Of a DNA stretch of 64,000 nt, positions 56,901-64,000 are shown one piece after another. The DNA comes from a virus. Taxonomy: Duplodnaviria; Caudoviricetes. The position numbers and the translations under genes are program-made. The stretch covers positions 57,173 through 121,172 of IMG/VR virus record IMGVR_UViG_2828164553_000001; one strand, written 5' to 3'. Every line of letters starts with the position of its first letter. Position 1 is the stretch's first letter. Under the pieces are notes generated by a model that saw only the letters and a program-made list of their open reading frames with translations, searched no databases and was not told the DNA's origin.

Positions 56901-58866
56901 ATGTCCCGGAATGCAGACCTCGAGCTCGACGAGCTCACCGCAGCAACCTCGCTAAGCGGCCCCGCCACTCGCCGCTGCCTCAGCGCCTGTGCTGCCGCAG
57001 ACCACGCCCACGCTAGTGCGCTCAAGCGCCGCGGCATGTCAAAGGGTCCCAAACGCTACCCGAAGCGCAGCGATCGCATAGAACTGACGGGCCTGCGAGC
57101 CGAAGCAGCCAGCCGCGACTTCGTCCGGGAGCTGCGCGCATGAGCGCTGTTGCAGCTTCGTTGACCGCAGAAGATCTGACGGCCGCAATCATCTGGGCCG
57201 AGGACGCTATCCGCGAGGACGCGCACACCCTCAAAACGCTAGGCGACTACGCCTCGGCGAGCTATGCAACGTGCCTGCAAAAGAGGATCGCCAAGCGTAG
57301 GGAGCAGTTGGAGCGCTTCCGCTCTGCACTCGCAGAGGTTGGTGCCGCATGAACGAGTTTCCCTCTGCCGGCTTCCGGCCGGGCCGTGGTCAAGGCACCT
57401 TGCTGCGGCTGTGCGTCGAACGCGATTCGGTGAGCGCTGCGCTGTATGGCACAGACCGCGGCAGAGAGCTTGCGGTGACCGTCTGCCGCCTCACTGACGT
57501 GCGCCGCATAGCCGGCGCGCTGCAACTTGGCCAGACCGCGTACACAGCGGGCGATGACGCGCTGCAGGCCATGTGCGAGTGGATGGCGGCGCACGGCGTG
57601 CCGGTACGGGTGACGCCATGAGCGACCGTCCATTGGAAGCCTTCTTCCCCACCGGACATGCCAGCCAAACACTTGCGCTGATGATCTGCAGCGACTGGAT
57701 CTGGGCTGGCCTGTACGACGGCAAGGTCACGCCATCCCTGGATGGCTGCGCAGTTGCGCCGCGCCTACGCGCACGCGCCACAGCCCGCCATCTGTGCATC
57801 GGCCGTGACTCCTTCGCACTGGCACCACGCGTTCTGCTGCGTGCCACGCGCTGGTTACGCATGCACGGCGTGCGGGTCCAGGAGCAGCGCGCATGAGCCG
57901 CCTCTATCAGCGTGCCCTCGCCCTTGGCTGGACATTGGTGGCTATCGCCGCCGCCGTCTGTGTGCCGATACGCCTGGCCGAAATCCACGCCGCGCAAGAC
58001 AACGTAGTTGCCCAGCCGGCAGTGGCCACAGCGCAAAAGGCGCCCCTCTCCCACGTACGGCTGGCGCGAGCAGAGGACTGACATGCGCCAGGAAGCCACG
58101 CCCTTGCCGCCTACCGTCCCGATATGCCAGCCGGGCCATCGCCCGCAGCTGGTCACCACGCACGGCGCGCCGCATCGCTATCGCATTGGCGGCCCCGCAC
58201 CGACCACGTTCCACATCGAGTGCTGCCGCTGCGGCAAGGCCACCGCGCCCAGCCCCAGCCGCGCACTCACCGAAAGCCGCTGGACCGAACCCACCGGCCA
58301 GCACCGCATCCCGCTGTCCCACCTAAGCCGAGCACGCGAGCAGCTATTCGCCGTGCTGGCGCTTGCGGCCCACGCCGCCTGACCGAGGTCATCATGCATC
58401 TACAACCCAAAGCACAGGCCGCGCTCAAGGCGGCCTACGGCGCCCAAGGCCGCACCCTGCGCCGCACACGCGGAGGCTTCGCAGCCATGCCCGCACAAGT
58501 ACAAACCAGCGGCCCGGTGCAGATCCAAGCCTTCACCCGCCGCTGCATCAACTGGCTCGACGAAGCCGGCCTGGTGCAATTCGACGACCCGCAATTCCCG
58601 AACGTCATCACCCTCAACCCGCGCGGCATCGCCTACGCCGAACAGCTGCTGCGCGACGAACCCGCTGCGCGCGGCAAGGCAGGTGCCCAATGAGCGCCTT
58701 TGCCCTGTCCACCGTCCGCCACAAAGACCGCGAACGTGCCGAGCTGGCAAACGACCTCAAGGCGTTCGCCAAGCGCGGCGGCAAGGTGCACAAGTTGGGT
58801 GCTACGCCGGTGCGTAAGAGCTTGTCGCGGCGTGAGGCAAACGATGCGCGAGTGATCAAGGTCTAG
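56901..58866 (+). CDS. Operon of eight small early hypothetical genes (56901-57143, 57140-57352, 57349-57621, 57618-57896, 57893-58081, 58083-58382, 58394-58693, 58690-58866)
   Basis: Chain of ATGA overlaps downstream of the OL operators. Confidence 0.6.
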
Positions 58867-58876
58867 TTGTATGCGG

Positions 58877-59356
58877 TCAATATTTCACTATCAAACTGGA
58901 CCGATCGAACTGGCCGCCAGAGCCAATGCAGGACTCAGGTACAGGTCGGTCTTTACGAGCATCTTTGATCACATCCATCGTGATGAAGAATGTGAAGGAT
59001 GCCGCCAATACAAGAGCCGAAAAGACGCTAACGCCCTTAGCCCTCGCACGCCACTCGGAGGGAACATTGTGCATATATGGCTTTACAAAAATCAGGACAG
59101 CACAAGCAACTGTCAGGGCTCCGCCGATCGCGCAGCCTACTACTCCCACAACCTTCGCACGGTCTGCGATCCCAGACGCTACTACAGCTGCCCCGCCAAT
59201 GCCAAACGACACCCCAAGCGCCATGCATTTCATCAACTCCACGAAGCGTTTGAGCGATTGCTCAAAAGCTTCCGCGTCAGCATCTTTCAGCTGCTGAACG
59301 CGTTGCTCGGTAGGAATCTCCTCGTTGTGGCAACTGCAAGTACAAGCGTTCGACAT
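58877..59356 (-). CDS. Three-TM membrane protein (moron)
   Basis: Hydrophobic helices; antisense insertion before xis. Confidence 0.55.
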   Translation of the reverse strand: MSNACTCSCHNEEIPTEQRVQQLKDADAEAFEQSLKRFVELMKCMALGVSFGIGGAAVVASGIADRAKVVGVVGCAIGGALTVACAVLIFVKPYMHNVPSEWRARAKGVSVFSALVLAASFTFFITMDVIKDARKDRPVPESCIGSGGQFDRSSLIVKY

Positions 59357-59471
59357 AGGCGTTCCTTCGAGATAGCAGGCGCGCAATGGTAGGACAAGCA
59401 GCCACAGCAAACATTGGCACTGGCAGCATTTCCTTTCTGCTGCTGAAAGAAATCGCGATCGGGTCGCCAAC

Positions 59472-59696
59472 ATGATTGGAACCGTATTGCAATTTGAGGA
59501 CATGCAGTCCTTGTGCCGACCGGGCGAGCGCCCACGTCTGGCCACCGTCGAGCAATGGGCACGTCGCTGCGGCATTCGCTATCACTACGACGGCAAAGGA
59601 GGCATATGGACAACAACCGATGCACTAAACGCTGCCATCGGTCTTTCGCCAAATGCCAACAATGCCGAGTCCTATAGCGCTAGCGATTTGCTTTGA
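59472..59696 (+). CDS. Probable excisionase
   Basis: 74 aa, wHTH-like, directly upstream of the integrase. Confidence 0.65.
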   Translation: MIGTVLQFEDMQSLCRPGERPRLATVEQWARRCGIRYHYDGKGGIWTTTDALNAAIGLSPNANNAESYSASDLL

Positions 59697-59759
59697 CTCG
59701 CAAGACTGACGTCAGCCCTTAGCCCGAACACGGGCCATCTACTTTTTATGGTTATCAGC

Positions 59760-60998
59760 ATGGCTACACGCGGCCGCCCACGGAAGACACCCGCCAATCT
59801 TCCAAGCCATATCGACTACAGCAAAGTGCCCAAGGGAATCTACTGGGACGCCAGCGGCAACGGTCGATGGTATGTATTGAATCCACATCCGGAAGGCAGA
59901 GGCTGCAAAGCAAAGACAGTCGCTCAGGCCTCGGCGCGGCTATCCGACCTGCATGCGATCGCCGAGCAACGCAGCGGCGCAGCGATACGAGGCACTATCG
60001 CGTCCGTCATTGACCTCTTCGAAGGCAGCCTGGCATTTGCTCAGCTAGCGAGCACAACCCAACAGCACTATCGTGACTATGCAAAAGCGATCAAGCTGTA
60101 CCCGTTGAAGAACGGCACGATGCTCGGCGACGCAATTGTGGACCGCCTCACCCCGGGCGTCATCCGCCGGCTGGTAGACATGATCGCTCAAGGGAGACCA
60201 GCCGAAAAACCTGGACAGGAGGGTGTTCCCGGGTATCCCACCAAGGCAAATCACTGGCTGCGCTACCTACGCCGAGTCTTCGGCTGGGCCCGTGAACACG
60301 ACCATGTCCAGACCAACCCAGCCAGCGGCGTGAAGCAGGTAAAGGAAAGGCGTGCTCACAGAATGCCGAAGCCAGAGGTGTTCAGAGCGGTGCAAGCCTA
60401 TGCCCGAGAATGCAGTACCCGGGGTCCAAGAGAAAAGGGTGCAGTACCTCTCTATCTTTGGGCTGCCATGGAGCTCGCATATCAAGCAAGGCTCAGGGGC
60501 ATCGAGGTTCTCACCCTCACCGACGCTCATGATGTTGGGCAAGAACTGATGACTAACAGACGCAAAGGAAGTCGCGACAATCTTGTCCGAAAAGGCGGGC
60601 CCCTCACTGAAGCAATTCAGGCCTTGCAAACCCATCGCTTCAACGTCTGGCAGCGTCAGAAACGGCCTGTGCCACTAGATGCGTCGGAGCGCTATCTGTT
60701 CGTCGGCGAAGACGGCGGCCCACTCACCAGGTCAGGCTTCAACACCTCTTGGCAACGTCTCATGAAGAACGCGCTACGAGATGGGGTGCTAGTTGAGGCA
60801 GATCGCTTTGCACTGCACGGGCTGAAGCACCGCGGCGTCACGGATACAGACGGCGACAAGAAGCTGGCCAGCGGGCACAAGACCGACGCGATGCTCCACG
60901 TGTATGACCACTCACTGCCTGTCGTTTCCTCCACAAGTGGGAGCATCCACCCCGTGGCGGCTTATACTGCTAACCGCATCATGGAACCCGACAAATGA
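59760..60998 (+). CDS. int: Tyrosine integrase of prophage 2
   Basis: 'TNPASGVK', 'ARLRGIE', 'RKGS', 'HGLKHRG', 'SGH', 'VYD'. Confidence 0.9.
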   Translation: MATRGRPRKTPANLPSHIDYSKVPKGIYWDASGNGRWYVLNPHPEGRGCKAKTVAQASARLSDLHAIAEQRSGAAIRGTIASVIDLFEGSLAFAQLASTTQQHYRDYAKAIKLYPLKNGTMLGDAIVDRLTPGVIRRLVDMIAQGRPAEKPGQEGVPGYPTKANHWLRYLRRVFGWAREHDHVQTNPASGVKQVKERRAHRMPKPEVFRAVQAYARECSTRGPREKGAVPLYLWAAMELAYQARLRGIEVLTLTDAHDVGQELMTNRRKGSRDNLVRKGGPLTEAIQALQTHRFNVWQRQKRPVPLDASERYLFVGEDGGPLTRSGFNTSWQRLMKNALRDGVLVEADRFALHGLKHRGVTDTDGDKKLASGHKTDAMLHVYDHSLPVVSSTSGSIHPVAAYTANRIMEPDK

Positions 60999-61888
60999 CC
61001 CAATCGCATGGCTTCTACACCCCTCTTCGCTACCCAGGAGGCAAGGGAAAGCTGGCCGACTACGTTGAGAAGGTCCTAGAGCTGAACGGTCTCTTCGGTG
61101 GAACCTATGTCGAGCCATATGCTGGCGGTGCCGCTGTGGCTATGGAATTGCTGATCCGTGGACTTGTCAAGCGGATACATATCAATGACCTCAATCCGGC
61201 GGTGCATGCCTTTTGGTCGGCAGTTCTGACAGATGCTGAACGGCTAATTCGCCGAATTGAAAAATGCAACGTCGATATGGACACCTGGCAATGGGCCAGA
61301 ACTGTCCAGCAAGAGGCTTCGCCAGATACATTAGATTTAGCTTTTTCGACATTTTTCCTAAATCGAACTAACCGTTCAGGAATTTTGCTGGGTGGAGTCA
61401 TTGGCGGCAAAGAACAGACTGGTCCTTGGAAGATTGATGCCCGCTTCAATGTTGAAGATTTGATCTGGCGGATCGAAAGAATCGCGGAGAGAAGCGAGAG
61501 CATCCGCCTGCATAACGAGGATGCTCAGACTCTCGTGAAGAGGCTTGCGCCGAAAATTGCAAAGAAAAATCTGATTTATTTTGACCCACCTTATTTCACC
61601 AAGGGCCAGGGGCTTTATATGCATCACTACAACCCGTCAGATCACGCTGATGTAGCAAAAACAGTCGGCAATCTCCCAAAAAACTGCAATTGGATGGTTT
61701 CATACGACGACCATCCCGTAATCAGAGGGCTGTACTCCGGCTACGAAGAACTCACTTATACTCTCAATTATACAGCCCAGGAAAGAGGGCGCGGCACAGA
61801 GGTTATATTTTACTCACCAGGCCTGGTCGTCCCAGCTCCAGTGAAACCTATGCGCGTCATGCCTATGAATAATCTTGCGTTCGCCTGA
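60995..61888 (+). CDS. DNA adenine methyltransferase (D12 class)
   Basis: 'TPLRYPGGKGKL', 'YVEPYAGG', 'FLNRTNRSGI', 'YFDPPY', 'WMVSYD'. Confidence 0.93.
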   Translation: MTQSHGFYTPLRYPGGKGKLADYVEKVLELNGLFGGTYVEPYAGGAAVAMELLIRGLVKRIHINDLNPAVHAFWSAVLTDAERLIRRIEKCNVDMDTWQWARTVQQEASPDTLDLAFSTFFLNRTNRSGILLGGVIGGKEQTGPWKIDARFNVEDLIWRIERIAERSESIRLHNEDAQTLVKRLAPKIAKKNLIYFDPPYFTKGQGLYMHHYNPSDHADVAKTVGNLPKNCNWMVSYDDHPVIRGLYSGYEELTYTLNYTAQERGRGTEVIFYSPGLVVPAPVKPMRVMPMNNLAFA

Positions 61889-62873
61889 GCACTTTAATAA
61901 ATGCCTTCTCACGCGCTATTAATCGGGGCAATTCATTAGAGCGGTGACAAAAGATTGAACCCGAGCGTTCTAACAACAAACCGCGCGCGGCATATGCAGG
62001 AAGAATCTCTCGATAAAATATCGATCCGTACATCGCTGAGAAATATCGTACCTGCTCTCTGTAGGTAGCTCCGAAGAGAGGGACGATAGAAAATGGAATA
62101 AACATTGCTGGCTGAGGGGGAATTATCCATGGACTCGCCAGCCAATTCTTCTGCAGTGCATCTATATAAGGCGAAATAGGCTTATCACGCCAATTTGCGC
62201 CACTTGCCACCTGCCCAAATAGATTTAATTTTCCACTGGACTTATCTATTCTTTCTTTCCATGCGATAACGTCAATCCCTGCATCTTTTTCGCGACCGGC
62301 TGAACCAGCGGGAGCATTGCTATGTGGGACAATCTCACCATCAGCCATGAGCGTGACGAATACATCATGCAGAGCAACTTGGAAGTCGCTTCCGTCAACT
62401 CGCGGCCATCCAAACACATACGATGAACCATCAATCGACCCGGCTGCGGCCCAACCTGAGCATGCCTGAAAGGCATCTCTTATCCATGGCGTGATTGGAA
62501 TTGGATCTATGAAGACGGAAGTATCTCTGGCCACTGATAAAAAGAGACAGAGCAAGTAAACTGCCTCACCATCAGCAATTTCTGCATCACCTTTAAACCT
62601 AAGAGCAGTGTCATCATCGGAGAATTCGAATGGATACGACTCTCCAAGTAGCTCGATGCGTCGTTGAATAATCATGACTCTGGCGTTGAGCCACTCGTCA
62701 AACTGCTCAAAACCGCCACCCGGGTCTTGATCCTCTGATTCGCGATTTGCTTCCCAAGCCCTTTCTATATCGGTAAACGAAAGCCGATCCTTAGGACCTA
62801 AGATCGCTTTCATTTCCATCCAGTCCGCGGCCGTGTGCGTATCGGCGTCAAATGGAACAGCTTGCAGCCTCAT
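61863..62873 (-). CDS. Putative PD-(D/E)xK restriction-endonuclease-fold protein
   Basis: 'KDAGIDVIAW…FGQVASGANWRDK' resembles a D..D..QxK-type active site; adjacent to the MTase. Confidence 0.6.
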   Translation of the reverse strand: MRLQAVPFDADTHTAADWMEMKAILGPKDRLSFTDIERAWEANRESEDQDPGGGFEQFDEWLNARVMIIQRRIELLGESYPFEFSDDDTALRFKGDAEIADGEAVYLLCLFLSVARDTSVFIDPIPITPWIRDAFQACSGWAAAGSIDGSSYVFGWPRVDGSDFQVALHDVFVTLMADGEIVPHSNAPAGSAGREKDAGIDVIAWKERIDKSSGKLNLFGQVASGANWRDKPISPYIDALQKNWLASPWIIPPQPAMFIPFSIVPLFGATYREQVRYFSAMYGSIFYREILPAYAARGLLLERSGSIFCHRSNELPRLIAREKAFIKVLRRTQDYS

Positions 62874-64000
62874 TCTTGACCCTGCTTACCTTTCATGGCT
62901 GCACTTACAAGTAACGTAAGGCCTTTTGCTTGCGTGTGAATTTCTTTTGCAATTTCAGCTAGCGCTTCCGGTAACGTTTCGGCGCGAGCAGCCAACTGGG
63001 TAGCCTCTCTCAAACGTAGATTAATTGTCACCAAAAGCTCGTTGAGCATTGTTTCCGGAGGCCTAAATTCCTGCCGAGCCTCTTGCAAACTCGCGCCACC
63101 ACGCAGCACGTGCAGAGCAATATTGTTCCTCAGCGCCTCACCGAGATGCGCAAGATCAGGGTTTTGCGATTTGATTAGCGACGGTTTCTTTTGCGACTTA
63201 CTACCGTACAAATAAAGCAGAACCTCTGAAAGCTCCTCCGACTTTTCACCAGGAATAGGATCAACCTCAAGCTTCTGAGCCCACCCCTTCCTGAGGCCAA
63301 GATGATCCATATACTCTGCTCGAGACAGGGCAGTGTACAAATGCGAGAACGCGAAACGCCCCTTGTTAGCTCTATCCGATATCTCGAAGCCGATTCTCTT
63401 TCCCTGCTCGAGCACCAACATGCCGGCAATCATGTTACGAATGGTGTTGTTATCGTCCCCAAGCCTGTCCGCTATTTCATTAATGGTGAGCCCGGTCTCG
63501 CGCTCATCAAGCCACCAACTGGTAACGTACTTCGCTTTTGCAAAAGATTCCCAGCGATGCGGGCCATTGATGTGCTTGAAGCCAATGAATGCCCTTGCGT
63601 CAGAGGGGTTATGTACCCGATAGACAGGAACCGTCTGGATTGAATCAAGAACTGATTGCGGTACCGGCCTTGGTACTGAGACACCTAATTCGTCAGCCAA
63701 AGCAGTATTTTTGAGCAATCTAATGCACGCAAGCCGCCGGTTGCCTTCCAGTACCGTGTAAGGCCCGCCGTCAGGGCCATGGATCACTAGTGGCTCAATC
63801 CGCTTGAAACCGTTATGCGTGATGGAAGATATCAACTCATCCAAAGCTGCCAAGTTGCGCAGCCATTGAATGATCTCCTTTTCACTGGTCGGCTCATTGC
63901 CGTCTACGCCGTCCTCAAGACGTGGATTTTGGATATCGAAGACCAAGCCCTCAGGCGCAATGTCTTCAATTTGCTCGAACACAACATTCTTGGATGGCAT
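62870..64000 (-). CDS. ParB/Srx N-terminal domain protein
   Basis: 'QNPRL', 'EPLVI', 'VLEGNRRLAC', followed by an HTH-like segment. Confidence 0.8.
   Translation of the reverse strand: MPSKNVVFEQIEDIAPEGLVFDIQNPRLEDGVDGNEPTSEKEIIQWLRNLAALDELISSITHNGFKRIEPLVIHGPDGGPYTVLEGNRRLACIRLLKNTALADELGVSVPRPVPQSVLDSIQTVPVYRVHNPSDARAFIGFKHINGPHRWESFAKAKYVTSWWLDERETGLTINEIADRLGDDNNTIRNMIAGMLVLEQGKRIGFEISDRANKGRFAFSHLYTALSRAEYMDHLGLRKGWAQKLEVDPIPGEKSEELSEVLLYLYGSKSQKKPSLIKSQNPDLAHLGEALRNNIALHVLRGGASLQEARQEFRPPETMLNELLVTINLRLREATQLAARAETLPEALAEIAKEIHTQAKGLTLLVSAAMKGKQGQE

Larger units (their letters stand above)
21296..64000 (-). mobile_element. Prophage 2: lambda-like siphovirus in tRNA-Arg(TCT), probably defective; extends beyond window
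   Basis: Full tail/lysis/head/packaging/replication/immunity/int modules; att fragment at the left; second att not in the window. Confidence 0.9.

Noticed and set aside
60812-60835. Integrase 2 inactive because HxxR reads HGLK
   Set aside because: HxxK variants occur in this integrase group and the other catalytic residues are present.
1-64000. CRISPR array, retron or diversity-generating retroelement
   Set aside because: No regularly spaced repeat-spacer array, and no reverse transcriptase or cas ORF is visible. The 50.9-kb repeats are short irregular iterons.

Overview
The window is almost entirely two tandem prophages meeting at a host tRNA cluster. The host is probably a Xanthomonadaceae such as Stenotrophomonas, inferred from GC-richness, gene content and a TTAGTA-type LexA box. 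Prophage 1 (<1 to ~21.2 kb, + strand) is a temperate T7-like (Autographiviridae-type) element. It carries internal virion proteins, tail fibres, holin, T7 gp18/gp19-like terminase, lysozyme, a probable virion genome terminus (~12.7 kb), an early region (structured non-coding leaders, ArdA, morons), a MarR-like repressor and a tyrosine integrase abutting the 3' end of an intact tRNA-His. Prophage 2 (~21.3 kb to >64 kb, mostly - strand) is a lambda-like siphovirus inserted in tRNA-Arg(TCT); only the displaced 3' half of that tRNA is in the window. It has umuDC, tail, lysis, head, packaging, replication and immunity modules, xis/int, and cargo: a SEFIR defence gene, a Sel1-like + secreted protein pair, two adenine methylases and a methylase / putative nuclease / ParB-like module. 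Prophage 2 looks defective, with an amber stop in the portal and a frameshift in the tape measure. The most unusual signals are (i) three highly structured non-coding leaders behind operator-covered tandem promoters in prophage 1, one with mutually exclusive folds; (ii) a TCCCA-N4-TGGGA operator network; (iii) tRNA-His cut off from its upstream operon; and (iv) the MTase-nuclease-ParB module coupled to the integrase. All protein family calls come from motif recognition by eye, not database searches.
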